Assembly: GCA_964651835.1 (NCBI GenBank) | Contig: CAZYYI010000001.1 | Location: 1-40,002, forward strand | Source: an uncultured Lachnospiraceae bacterium | GTDB lineage: Bacteria; Bacillota; Clostridia; Christensenellales; UBA1242 | Direction of reading: 5' to 3' | Length of the DNA: 40,002 bases | In this document: positions 1-9,294 of the stretch, piece by piece | How positions within the stretch are numbered: position 1 is the first letter of the stretch | How the letters are laid out: each line of letters starts with the position of its first letter | The notes under the pieces: generated by a model | What the model was told of the DNA's origin: nothing | The model's input: the letters and a program-made list of their open reading frames with translations, nothing else | Databases searched by the model: none | Translations under genes and position numbers: made by a program

Positions 1-8
1 TACAACTT

Positions 9-311
9 ATGGTTAAAGACCAAGCATCTTTTAATCAGTTTGCCGAAAAAAATAATTATAGTGCAGGCACTGCAGTTATCATTATTAAAAATGAAATTAA
101 TTCTTTGATTGGTAAACTTGAAAATGATAGTCGCTATATTTCAGCTGCTGAAAATGATTTTAAAGAAGCAAAGGCTCTTAGAGAACAAATTTTTTATACT
201 GACCTTGAGAGTGCACGCAAAGTTTATGAACAAGTTGAAGCAGCAAGAATTACAAAGTATAAAAAAGAACATTTGCCACAGCAGACTGGTACCCAACCTG
301 GTGAAGAATAA
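9..311 (+). CDS. hypothetical protein, possibly the 3' part of a CDS that starts upstream of the window
   Basis: ORF 9..311. The frame stays open back to base 3, so the true start may be off-window. A hairpin terminator follows. No recognisable motif. Confidence 0.4.
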   Translation: MVKDQASFNQFAEKNNYSAGTAVIIIKNEINSLIGKLENDSRYISAAENDFKEAKALREQIFYTDLESARKVYEQVEAARITKYKKEHLPQQTGTQPGEE

Positions 312-321
312 TAAAATTATT

Positions 322-347
322 AACCTTGGAAACTCCAAGGTTTTTTA
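322..347 (+). terminator. rho-independent terminator
   Basis: 8-bp stem aaccttgg/ccaaggtt (322-329 / 335-342), 5-nt loop, then a T-run. Confidence 0.6.
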
Positions 348-375
348 ATTGCAAACTGAATTTTATAAACAAAAG

Positions 376-405
376 AAAAACCATAAGTTATAACTTATGG
401 TTTTT
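376..405 (-). terminator. rho-independent terminator (bidirectional shape) downstream of CDS 416..1447
   Basis: ccataagtt/aacttatgg inverted repeat flanked by an A-run and a T-run, 10 nt below the stop at 416. Confidence 0.55.
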
Positions 406-415
406 GATATTTTAA

Positions 416-1447
416 TTATTCAAACTTTTTCTTATTTGTAGTGAATTTTGTTGAACCGCAACTTGGGCATCTGTCCTTAGATGCTGGAACTTTGCTTCCG
501 CAATAAACGCAGTATCTTGTCTTGTTTGCAGTTTCTGCTTGCACCGCTTCAGTTTCAGCCTTAACTTTTTCGATTTCTGCTTCTTCTTTAGCGGACTTAA
601 CTTCCTCTTCCTTTTTAGATTTTTTAGCTTCTTTTATAATTGTTATAATAAGACCAATTACTATTAAACAAATAAATACAATCAGTACAATGAAAACTAT
701 GTTCATAATTTTAGCACTACTACTATAATATTCAATGTCTTGTTTATATAATTTGTATTCAATATTTTTATTAAGAGTATAACTTATATTCATTGAATAA
801 GGGTCAGTATCACCCTCTTCATAAGAAAAGGCTATATCTATTTGACCATATTTCACACCATTTCTATATTGTGTTTTCATTTTAGCAATATCATTTTCGT
901 CAAACTGTGCATAGGTCTGTCCATTTCTATCAACACCATTTTCATCTTTATAAGTATAAACAATAAAATAATAGTCACGACCATTATATTCATCATAAAA
1001 ATAGAAACCTGTTCTACTTATATTAAAATCGTATTGTTCAACATATCTAAATTCGGCTGTGGTTTTATAATACTTAACAGATCCATTGCCGCCGTCCTCA
1101 GTAGCATTATCTATTAATGTTTTATATTCAGGGGCATCAGCTTCAATTACAGCAACTTGGTTTGCTGCATAAATAGCATCTTCTTGAGCTGAGTTTTTTG
1201 CAAAGCCAAAAAAAGTACAAATAACTGCAAGTACAATAACTGTCATTATAAGACCAAAAATTTTGGAAACTCCGCCACTACCAATTATAACTGTATGACC
1301 AAAAAAGTGCATATGTATTGGTCGCATTGGTCTTGATGATCTGAAACCTCCAAAGCTAGAACCTCCACTTGAACGACTAAATCCGCCGCCGTGGAAACCT
1401 CCTCCTGAGTGTGAACTATGTGATCCGTGTGATGGTCCTGATGGCAT
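416..1447 (-). CDS. two-TM membrane protein with Gly/Ser/His-rich N-terminus and C-terminal CxxC..CxxC zinc ribbon
   Basis: 343-aa ORF. AGGAGG RBS lies 7 nt upstream of the ATG (revcomp of cctcct at about 1455-1460). Two hydrophobic segments (IFGLIMTVIVLAVICTFFGF and IVFIVLIVFICLIVIGLIITII). C-terminal YCVYCGSKVPASKDRCPSCGS. No family recognised. Confidence 0.6.
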   Translation of the reverse strand: MPSGPSHGSHSSHSGGGFHGGGFSRSSGGSSFGGFRSSRPMRPIHMHFFGHTVIIGSGGVSKIFGLIMTVIVLAVICTFFGFAKNSAQEDAIYAANQVAVIEADAPEYKTLIDNATEDGGNGSVKYYKTTAEFRYVEQYDFNISRTGFYFYDEYNGRDYYFIVYTYKDENGVDRNGQTYAQFDENDIAKMKTQYRNGVKYGQIDIAFSYEEGDTDPYSMNISYTLNKNIEYKLYKQDIEYYSSSAKIMNIVFIVLIVFICLIVIGLIITIIKEAKKSKKEEEVKSAKEEAEIEKVKAETEAVQAETANKTRYCVYCGSKVPASKDRCPSCGSTKFTTNKKKFE

Positions 1448-1466
1448 AAACTTTACCTCCTAAATT

Positions 1467-2972
1467 CTATTTAACATCATCTTTATTAGTTTCTGTTATT
1501 TTACTATCTGTTTTATTAGTTTCATTTTGTTTGTTTGCATTTTCAGAATTACTTTCTGTTTGACTTTTAATTGTGATATTATCGATAATTTTGGTTGCAA
1601 GTTGATTGCTTTTAAATTTGTCTTTTATCTTAGTAACTACCCTATTTGCAAATTTGTCAAAATTTGTATCAGCTAAATATAAATCATTATCAACACTTTG
1701 TGCAATTAAAATTACTGCAAACAAGAAAAAGAATAAAAATCTATCATTAAGCACTAACTCTTCAAATCCTAGAAGCAGATATATAAAAAGTAAAACGAAA
1801 TTTTTTAAGTTTGGTCTAAACTTTGTTTGGCTACATTTAAAATAACTCCAAACAAGAAGCCCAAGCATAATGATACCAACAAGTCCAAAACGATATAACA
1901 AGAATATGTACAAATTATGTGGACCATTTATAAATACTTTAGTATTAAAAAATCCAAATCCAAAAAGTAGTTTTAATACAGATGAACGTATACTATTTAT
2001 GTAATCTTCCCAAATTCCTATCCTGCCAGTAAATATATTTTCTAAGATTGACATTCCGTCCCCATAGAAAAAGAAAAATCTGTTAAATATTTCCGCAACC
2101 TGTTTATTAAATATACAACAAAAAATCACTGCAAAAATCATAGCTGGGATTATTAAATAGAATGATTTTCGTTTGTATCTTATAATAATAAATACAAACA
2201 AGTAAATCATAAGCAACACACAAACTATCAAGAATGCTTTTGAAAGAGTAAATATACCTATTACTACTGAAAATAAAATATAAAATGCATTTATCCATTC
2301 ATTGCCCTTTCCATTTGCAACTCTGGTTACAAAATACGCAATAGCCAAAGTGCAATACATTGCAAGATGGTTTGGATTGAGAGTAAAAAGATTTAATCTG
2401 CTAGACCAAATAACACCACCAGACAGGTTAATCAGTCCATCATATCTGTAACCTGGTAGCACCAAACTCAACATTGATAGCACTAATGAAACAGCCATAC
2501 CAATTATTAAATACTTAAAGCATTCTGAAATATTTATTTCTTTCCAATAAACAAATACTATGTATGAACTTAACAAAAAGGCAATGACTATGGCACCTTG
2601 AAAAAACCCTTCCAAATCAACACTGTAGTGTATGCTCGAAAAGATAATTATAATAGCAAATGTCAAAATAAGAGGTAGAATATAAAGTTTTTTGCGTTTT
2701 TTTACTACATCAATAATGTAGCGTATAACCATAATCAAAAGCAGTTCAAGTATACTTGTTATAAAGAATACTCCAATACCTGAAAACAATTCGTAATACA
2801 TTGTGGCACAAAGCATTTCTGATACAGTGCAAATTGCATAAAATGCAAAATTTATAATTACGCCAACAATCCAAAGCCACCAAACATAACCAGAAAAAAA
2901 CATAAATAATGTTGACGACGCCAACATTAAAACAAACTTATACTTTTTTATAAAATCCAAAAATTTTTGCAT
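1467..2972 (-). CDS. O-antigen ligase / Wzy_C-like polytopic membrane protein
   Basis: 501-aa ORF with at least 10 hydrophobic segments. FTGRIGIWEDYINSI and GFGFF..GPHNLYIFLLYRFGLVG resemble the Wzy_C (O-antigen ligase/polymerase) loop motifs. aaggaa RBS. Its stop lies 19 nt above the start of the next gene. Confidence 0.55.
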   Translation of the reverse strand: MQKFLDFIKKYKFVLMLASSTLFMFFSGYVWWLWIVGVIINFAFYAICTVSEMLCATMYYELFSGIGVFFITSILELLLIMVIRYIIDVVKKRKKLYILPLILTFAIIIIFSSIHYSVDLEGFFQGAIVIAFLLSSYIVFVYWKEINISECFKYLIIGMAVSLVLSMLSLVLPGYRYDGLINLSGGVIWSSRLNLFTLNPNHLAMYCTLAIAYFVTRVANGKGNEWINAFYILFSVVIGIFTLSKAFLIVCVLLMIYLFVFIIIRYKRKSFYLIIPAMIFAVIFCCIFNKQVAEIFNRFFFFYGDGMSILENIFTGRIGIWEDYINSIRSSVLKLLFGFGFFNTKVFINGPHNLYIFLLYRFGLVGIIMLGLLVWSYFKCSQTKFRPNLKNFVLLFIYLLLGFEELVLNDRFLFFFLFAVILIAQSVDNDLYLADTNFDKFANRVVTKIKDKFKSNQLATKIIDNITIKSQTESNSENANKQNETNKTDSKITETNKDDVK

Positions 2973-3055
2973 ATTTTTTCCTTAGTTAAATTATATTACA
3001 GTAATATTATATATAACATAATAAATATAATAAAAATTTGATTTTTTTGCAAGTA

Positions 3056-3080
3056 AAAAGGGAACTTATGTTCCCTTTTT
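3056..3080 (-). terminator. rho-independent terminator (bidirectional shape)
   Basis: aaaaagggaac-ttat-gttcccttttt: 7-bp GC-containing stem flanked by A5/T5. Confidence 0.65.
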
Positions 3081-3108
3081 GTACAGAATTTATCTGATTT
3101 TATAATAA

Positions 3109-3180
3109 ACGCCCAAGGAAATATGACAGATTTACAAATTGGGCTAAAATCGGGGCGTGTAGACATATCTTAGCCCAAAG
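3109..3180 (-). other. GC-enriched structured element with mutually exclusive pairings (3' UTR of the XkdW-like gene)
   Basis: ttgggctaa (3139-3147) pairs perfectly with ttagcccaa (3170-3178). The same ttgggc can instead pair with gcccaa (3111-3116). acgccc (3109-3114) pairs with gggcgt (3153-3158). Confidence 0.25.
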
Positions 3181-3195
3181 GTAGTTAAATATTTT

Positions 3196-3579
3196 TTAAA
3201 AAACTTCTTGTTTTACTTCTGCTTTGCAATTTTCAACATAAGCCGAGTATTCTGCGAACTCTTCTGGCTTAGTACTTAGCTGTCTAAGCAGTGCAAGTTC
3301 TTGATTAACACTATATTTTTGTCTAATTTTTGCGACAATTTTTTCTTCGTAAACTGCTTGTTTTTGCTTAAGCTTTCTTGCATTATACTTATTGGTGCTA
3401 AAAGTTAAGTCGTCATTAAAATCTGAAGCAATACAATCTGAGTATTCAGCATCGACCTCTACTTTAGTGTAATTGTATGGTGGTTGTGATAAATCCACCT
3501 CTTTAAATCTCTCATCACTAAAAATATTTTTATCTAAATATATTGTACCATTAGGTTCTTTTCTAATTGCTATTATCAT
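3196..3579 (-). CDS. small phage-like protein (XkdW-like / tail-fibre accessory), hypothetical
   Basis: 127-aa ORF whose start overlaps the upstream tail-fibre-like gene stop (ATGA at 3576-3579). Its size and position directly after a tail-fibre-like gene fit the PBSX xkdV-xkdW arrangement. Sequence recognition is weak. Confidence 0.45.
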   Translation of the reverse strand: MIIAIRKEPNGTIYLDKNIFSDERFKEVDLSQPPYNYTKVEVDAEYSDCIASDFNDDLTFSTNKYNARKLKQKQAVYEEKIVAKIRQKYSVNQELALLRQLSTKPEEFAEYSAYVENCKAEVKQEVF

Positions 3580-4706
3580 AAACTATCCCCCTGTTGTGTG
3601 ATTCTTTCAATTTTTTTAATTCGATAATTTATATTATTATCTTGTCCATTACCAAAAAAATAACCTCTAAAATATATCTGGTTAGTCTTCAGACGAATTA
3701 TATATCTAAAAGGGTTGTCTGATAAAACACCATCTGCATAATAAGGAATAAGACCATTTACTCCTACTTCGCCATCATTTAAATTTATTGTTGAAATTTC
3801 AACTACCAAACCAACTGCACCAAAATTTATAGCACTACCTGAATTACCTAAAACATCAATTGAAAATCTATAAATTTTTGTGCCTGACAAATCTATATTT
3901 GGTATTGTATTAAAACTATCTGAACCTTGAATACCACTTGTATAGCCCAAATTAATGTCTGAATTACTACTAGACATATCATAAATTGTATCAACCTGTT
4001 CAGTGCTGTTTAATTTGGTACTAACTGCTGTTAATCTTTCATCAATATCGGTTAAAACATCTGCTGCTGAATTTAATTTATCGATATCAACATCTTTATT
4101 ATTTACCTTAATACCATCAGCAAAATTTTTTAATCCATTAATTGTTTGGTCACTAGTTAAATCAACTTGGGTTTCAGATGAACCTGCCACCGTTGCATAT
4201 GCTGCACTATTTGCCGATTTTGCAGTTTCAGAAGTTAGCGCATAGCTTGCGTTGGTTGCGGATTCAACACTATCTGCGAATTCTGCATATTTTGCCTTTA
4301 TCTCACCATTTTCAATTTTATTAATAACACCTACAAGCTTTGGAAGATAACCTTTAACTACATCAAATTCTGACATATCTTCTGCAAGTGGGCTAGGTTC
4401 AAGCCTAAGCCTTAATGCAGTAGTGCTTAAAATTGAATCATCATCTTTCGCTGAAGTCAGTGCAATATGAAAATAAGTTGCATTTGGAAGTGGTGGAACT
4501 TTAACAGTATCTCCAGTAAAATTCACTGCAAATTTTTTACCTTCAACAATAAATATTGCAGTCTTATTTTCACATTCTTGCCAGTCACTATCAAAATCAA
4601 ATTTTAAATAATAGTTAGAATTTCCACTTACTACTGGTGTATAAATGGCATCGATTAACAGTCTATTCCCCTGTTCTTTAATTTCAATAACATTAAGTTT
4701 GTCCAT
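3576..4706 (-). CDS. phage tail-fibre-like protein
   Basis: ORF 3576..4811 trimmed to the ATG at 4706, which has a GGGGGAA RBS 5-6 nt upstream. The longer form starts at TTG and runs into the upstream terminator. An Ala/Ser/Thr-rich fibrous segment (ATNASYALTSETAKSANSAAYATVAGSSETQ) is followed by DQTINGLKNF, a motif common in tail fibres. Confidence 0.55.
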   Translation of the reverse strand: MDKLNVIEIKEQGNRLLIDAIYTPVVSGNSNYYLKFDFDSDWQECENKTAIFIVEGKKFAVNFTGDTVKVPPLPNATYFHIALTSAKDDDSILSTTALRLRLEPSPLAEDMSEFDVVKGYLPKLVGVINKIENGEIKAKYAEFADSVESATNASYALTSETAKSANSAAYATVAGSSETQVDLTSDQTINGLKNFADGIKVNNKDVDIDKLNSAADVLTDIDERLTAVSTKLNSTEQVDTIYDMSSSNSDINLGYTSGIQGSDSFNTIPNIDLSGTKIYRFSIDVLGNSGSAINFGAVGLVVEISTINLNDGEVGVNGLIPYYADGVLSDNPFRYIIRLKTNQIYFRGYFFGNGQDNNINYRIKKIERITQQGDSL

Positions 4707-4796
4707 AATTTCCCCCTTTGGTACTTTTATGATAACATACAAATTTTGCAAATGGGTGAAACCCCTGACACACTTTTTGAAAAATTTTTTTAAAAT

Positions 4797-4830
4797 AAAA
4801 AATCTTATCAAAATACGATAAGATTTTATT
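4797..4830 (-). terminator. rho-independent terminator of the rih-gpmI-ABC transcription unit
   Basis: aatcttatc / gataagatt 9-bp stem, 7-nt loop, T-run on the minus strand. It starts 3 nt below the ABC gene stop. Confidence 0.65.
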
Positions 4831-4832
4831 TT

Positions 4833-6617
4833 TTATAATTCTATAATTTCATCAGCAATTGTTTTGCATCTTTCATCGTGCGAAATCAAGATAACAATTT
4901 TATTTTCATTTTTTAAATCATTAATTACCTTAAGCACTCTCTCAACATTTTTTGCATCAAGCTCGTTGGTTGGTTCATCAAGCAAATATAAATCTTTATT
5001 TTTGCTGACTGTTCTAACAATATCAATACGCTTCTTTTCACCGCCAGAAAGTGAGCTTGCAATTGAACCTTTTGTCTCTCTTTCTAAAAGCTTGGCAATA
5101 TCAAAGTATGTAGCCAGTTCATTTGCCTTTTCAGACATCTCAAGCTCTGGATATGAAATATTAAGTGAAATGCTGCGGTCAAACAATATGCTATCTTGAA
5201 ATAAATACGATATATGATTTTTAAGTGAATAAAGTGATTTAAGTTTTAACTTGTCATTAATCAAAAGATGTCCACTTTGAATTTCTCTAAGACCACACAT
5301 AGCATTTATAAGTGTTGTTTTACCTTGACCACTTTGTCCCGCAATAACATAAATCTTGCCAGCTTCAAACAAAACCTCATAAGATTTTTTGAATGAACCA
5401 ACTTTAACAGTAAGGTTTTTAACAGCAACTTTATTTATAGAACTTTCATTAATCTCATCAAACGCTGCCTGTTCAGCTTTTGAAAGACTTTTAAATGGTT
5501 TATTATTATCAGTTGATTTGCTAAAATTGTTTTTACCAATTTCATTTGGATAAGATTTGTAAAGATTGCAGAATTTGATTGAAGAAGTCTGCAGATTACT
5601 AATAATGTAACCCCAACCCTCAACCAATGAATATATCATCATAAGTACACTTACGATATTTGTTATTGATGCAATAATATTTTCTGAAGCACTTGTTTTA
5701 ATATAAGCAAAAATTAAAAGTCCAAGTCCTATATATTCAATTGATATTACTATTGTCCAGTATAAAAAGCCGATATTTGCACGCTTTTTATTATCCTTAA
5801 AAAATTTTGTATTAAGTTTTTTAAGTTCAGCAAGTTCTCTTGCTTTTGATTCAAAAATAGTAATCATTGGCAAATTTGTGAGTGACTGCAAAAAATGGTT
5901 TCCAATTTTTGCATTAGTTTCTTCTATATTATCAACAACTTTTTGCTGAAATTTTATTCTTAAATACACACAAACAAGTATTATAATTTCAAGCCCAACG
6001 GTAACAAGCCCAACAACATATCCAAGCATAAACAAACTTATGGTTAAGTAAACCATACCAATTATACCAGTCATGATATTCCAGCAAAATGTTTCAAGAA
6101 TGTTATAGATGTTGTCAACAGCATTTTTGCAAATATAATTAATTTCACCAATTGTCATTTCAAAGTCAAGGTTTTTGCGTTCCATCAAGATTATATTTTG
6201 CACTTTTTCATTAACAACGCACATCATACGCCTTGCAAAAATATCTACCATTCTGTAAATTAGCATACCAAGTGCCCAAAGCACAACTTCAATACCGCAA
6301 GCAATAGCTAAAAATCCAGCAGTGCTAACTGCAGAAAAATCAATAAAGGATAAAAGCGGTATTGTTTCGCCAGAAAACCACGCAATAATAATACCCGGAA
6401 GTATTGCACCATAAGCCTGCGCACAAGCACCTACAAGCGATAATATTAAAATTGCAATAAACTTAAATTTTTCCTGCACACCCATATAGTGCCACATAAG
6501 CAGTAGGCCACTTAAAATACCAGGTTTTTCTTTTGCTCTTTTTAGCGTTTTGTTGCTATTAAATGAGTTCTGACGCACTAAATCTTTTTCATTTTGTTTA
6601 TCTTTTTGTTTTTTCAT
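4833..6617 (-). CDS. ABC exporter, fused permease/ATP-binding protein
   Basis: 594 aa. N-terminal half has about 6 hydrophobic helices. Canonical Walker A GQSGQGKTT, Q-loop LFQDS, signature LSGGEKKR, Walker B LYLLDEPT, H-loop ISHD. Confidence 0.85.
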   Translation of the reverse strand: MKKQKDKQNEKDLVRQNSFNSNKTLKRAKEKPGILSGLLLMWHYMGVQEKFKFIAILILSLVGACAQAYGAILPGIIIAWFSGETIPLLSFIDFSAVSTAGFLAIACGIEVVLWALGMLIYRMVDIFARRMMCVVNEKVQNIILMERKNLDFEMTIGEINYICKNAVDNIYNILETFCWNIMTGIIGMVYLTISLFMLGYVVGLVTVGLEIIILVCVYLRIKFQQKVVDNIEETNAKIGNHFLQSLTNLPMITIFESKARELAELKKLNTKFFKDNKKRANIGFLYWTIVISIEYIGLGLLIFAYIKTSASENIIASITNIVSVLMMIYSLVEGWGYIISNLQTSSIKFCNLYKSYPNEIGKNNFSKSTDNNKPFKSLSKAEQAAFDEINESSINKVAVKNLTVKVGSFKKSYEVLFEAGKIYVIAGQSGQGKTTLINAMCGLREIQSGHLLINDKLKLKSLYSLKNHISYLFQDSILFDRSISLNISYPELEMSEKANELATYFDIAKLLERETKGSIASSLSGGEKKRIDIVRTVSKNKDLYLLDEPTNELDAKNVERVLKVINDLKNENKIVILISHDERCKTIADEIIEL

Positions 6618-6651
6618 AAATAACCTATATTATTAATTATGCTGTAATTTG

Positions 6652-8157
6652 TTATTTTATCATAGATTTTTCCATGGTTTTTGGAATATCTAATCCCATA
6701 AGTTCAAGTACCGTTGGCGCAACATTTGCAAGCCCACCATCACTAATAAGCTTTGCACCAATATATTTATCACTAACCAAAACAAATGGAACTGGGTTTG
6801 AAGTGTGAGCAGTGTGAGGTTCACCATTTGGAAGTATCATTTCCTCGCAGTTTCCGTGGTCAGCAATAATAATGCAATCTCCACCCATTTCAAGAGTTTT
6901 GTTTGCAACCTTACCTGCGCATTCATCACAAACTTTAATTGCTTCTATCGCAGCATCAAGTTCACCAGTATGACCTATCATATCTGGATTTGAAAAGTTT
7001 ACTACCAAAAAATCATACTTTTTACTTTCAATAGCTTCAAGCAACTTTTCAGTAATTTCTGGTGCTCTCATCATTGGATGTGCAGCAAAGTTTTTGTCAT
7101 TATAACTGTCAACCAAAAATCTTTCTTCGCCATCATATTGTTTTTCGATACCACCATTTAAAAAGAAAGTTACATGAGCATACTTTGTTGTTTCAGAAAT
7201 ATGGAACTGCTTGAGTCCTGCCTTTGAAATTATTGCAGCCAAATTATCCTCAACAATTTTTGGAGGATAGATCGTGTTTAAATGCTCAAGTTCTTTTGCA
7301 TACTCTTGCATAGGAGTAAACAAAAGTTTATCAAACTTTTCAGTTTTAAATTCATTAAATGATAAGTCAGTAAGTGCAAAAGTGATCTCTCTTGCTCTGT
7401 CTGAACGATAGTTGAAAAATATAACGCTGTCGCCATTTTTGATTGTGGCGTTTTCTGTTACAACCATAGGCTCTATAAATTCATCAGTAATATTTTTGTC
7501 ATAACTAGCCTTTACACCTTCAGCCATTGAACTTACTTTTTCACCTTCGCCGTACACATAAAGCTTGTAAGCTTTTTCAACTCTGTCATATCTCTTTTCT
7601 CTGTCCATAGCATAAACTCTGCCACAAACATCAGCAATTTTAGCATTTGTGCCACTGATTTTATTTTCAAGTGCTTTCAAAAATTCGATGCCTGAAGTTA
7701 CAGGAGTATCTCTACCATCAGTAATACAATGAATATAAATGTTTTTAATGCTATATTTTTTTGCAGCATCAAGTATTGCATAAAGATGTTCTATTTTAGA
7801 GTGTACGCCGCCATTTGAGCAAAGACCCAAAATATGAATATTACTTCCATTTTCTTCAGCATACTTAAAAGCTTTTACAAGTGCTGCATTTTTTGCAAAA
7901 TTGCCATTTTTAATTTCATTATCAATATGCAATAAATCTTGCTCAATAATTCTGCCACCACCAATAGTAAGGTGTCCTACTTCAGAGTTCCCCATTTGAC
8001 CATCAGGAAGCCCTACTGCCTCACCAGATGCAGCAATCTCAGCATAAGGATATTTGGCTTTTAATTTTTCTAAATTTGGCATACCAGCAAGTTTAACGGC
8101 ATTTCCTTTTTCTTCTTCTCTAATTCCAAGTCCATCTAAAATACAAAGTGTTACCAT
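6652..8157 (-). CDS. gpmI: 2,3-bisphosphoglycerate-independent phosphoglycerate mutase
   Basis: 501 aa. MGNSEVGHLTIGGGR, GGVHS, ITDGRD and ADHGN motifs typical of iPGM. AAGGAG RBS. Confidence 0.93.
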   Translation of the reverse strand: MVTLCILDGLGIREEEKGNAVKLAGMPNLEKLKAKYPYAEIAASGEAVGLPDGQMGNSEVGHLTIGGGRIIEQDLLHIDNEIKNGNFAKNAALVKAFKYAEENGSNIHILGLCSNGGVHSKIEHLYAILDAAKKYSIKNIYIHCITDGRDTPVTSGIEFLKALENKISGTNAKIADVCGRVYAMDREKRYDRVEKAYKLYVYGEGEKVSSMAEGVKASYDKNITDEFIEPMVVTENATIKNGDSVIFFNYRSDRAREITFALTDLSFNEFKTEKFDKLLFTPMQEYAKELEHLNTIYPPKIVEDNLAAIISKAGLKQFHISETTKYAHVTFFLNGGIEKQYDGEERFLVDSYNDKNFAAHPMMRAPEITEKLLEAIESKKYDFLVVNFSNPDMIGHTGELDAAIEAIKVCDECAGKVANKTLEMGGDCIIIADHGNCEEMILPNGEPHTAHTSNPVPFVLVSDKYIGAKLISDGGLANVAPTVLELMGLDIPKTMEKSMIK

Positions 8158-8169
8158 ATTATTCTCCTT

Positions 8170-9090
8170 TTAATTGCACTTTGCTAGTGCATCAAAATAT
8201 AATTTTTTAAATTTTTTAATATCAATTTTTGTGCATACATCAACATTTGGCGACTCTGTGTTATTTAATACTAAAATGCCAGAATCTAAACTATCAAAAT
8301 ATTTAATACTGCCATACATTTGCTTTACTTCAAAAATTTCAGGATTAGTTAAGTATGCAATTGCACAACCGTCGTGAGTTGCAATACCATTTTTAACGTG
8401 CCTATCTTTATAACTTCTGTAAAGTATTTCAAGCATTGAACCTGTAAAGTTCAAATTTTTGGTGTTAAATACATCTTGCCAGTCAAGGTACGCGGTGTGT
8501 CCCATTTCCATAGGTACAATATCTATTTTAATGCCAGACTCAAAAACCTTAACAGCTGCCTCTGGGTCTGTTGCTACATTGAATTCTGGATAAGGTAAAT
8601 CACCCGGCTTTAAATCCTCAACACTTCCTGCCATAAAAACAAGCCTTTCAATATTCTTTGTGCAATCTGGGTGCTTGATAATGAGCTTAGCAATATTTGT
8701 AACTGGCGACAAACTCACAATAGTTATCGGTTTTTCTGCATTAACAATGGTGTTATACATTGCCTCTATTGCGTCCTCTTTAGACACCTCACGATTATTT
8801 TTTTCAAAAACATATTCACCAAGTCCGCCATTTCCATGAACAGCAACACGTGGACGCTCTCTTTTTAAGCACTTGCCCTCACCCGCAACAACTTTAATAC
8901 TTGGTGCATTAAAAGCCTCTAAAATATTGTTTGTATTTATAGCTGCTTGCTTTGGGTCAACATTTCCAAGATCAGTTACAATAAGTTTAATATTTATTTT
9001 TTTAGACTTAACAGCAAGAAGCAAAGCCACTGCATCATCAATACCCGTATCACAATTAATAATTAAATCTAAGCTATCTACTTTTTTCAT
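8170..9090 (-). CDS. nucleoside hydrolase (inosine/uridine-preferring, IUNH family)
   Basis: 306 aa. N-terminal aspartate cluster (INCDTGIDDAVALLLA) matching the DxDxxxDD fingerprint. Length is typical of the family. Confidence 0.8.
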   Translation of the reverse strand: MKKVDSLDLIINCDTGIDDAVALLLAVKSKKINIKLIVTDLGNVDPKQAAINTNNILEAFNAPSIKVVAGEGKCLKRERPRVAVHGNGGLGEYVFEKNNREVSKEDAIEAMYNTIVNAEKPITIVSLSPVTNIAKLIIKHPDCTKNIERLVFMAGSVEDLKPGDLPYPEFNVATDPEAAVKVFESGIKIDIVPMEMGHTAYLDWQDVFNTKNLNFTGSMLEILYRSYKDRHVKNGIATHDGCAIAYLTNPEIFEVKQMYGSIKYFDSLDSGILVLNNTESPNVDVCTKIDIKKFKKLYFDALAKCN

Positions 9091-9230
9091 ATTTTGCTCC
9101 TAGTTAATTTGTACAATTAAAATATACCACAACAAAAAATTTTTGTACAATAATTTAAAACAAAATAGTATCCTAGACTATTAATTATATGCAATTTAAA
9201 ATTTTATTATATTGCAAATGATAACTTGCA

Positions 9231-9267
9231 ATAAAAAATGCAGGAATAACATTTATTATCCCTGCAT
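9231..9267 (-). terminator. rho-independent terminator downstream of the 774-aa membrane protein gene
   Basis: atgcagg / cctgcat stem followed by TTTTTT on the minus strand (plus-strand A-run 9233-9238). Confidence 0.55.
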
Positions 9268-9294
9268 TAAAATTGTATTTTTTAGTTATGCGTT

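Noticed and set aside
109-348. Overlapping short ORFs (109..348 +, 141..338 -) and many similar 60-130-aa ORFs antisense to or out of frame with long genes. Examples: 522..728, 842..1117, 1606..1845, 4003..4245, 4864..5199, 9212..9613, 9644..10285, 10976..11602, 24032..24358, 27601..27819 and 37689..37970.
   Set aside because: They lie entirely inside, or opposite, longer ORFs with clear motifs. Their composition is low-complexity and hydrophobic, typical of shadow frames in AT-rich DNA. They lack RBSs.
4707-4811. N-terminal 35-aa extension of the tail-fibre-like ORF (TTG start at 4811).
   Set aside because: The extension overlaps the upstream terminator hairpin and has no RBS. The internal ATG at 4706 has a strong GGGGG RBS.
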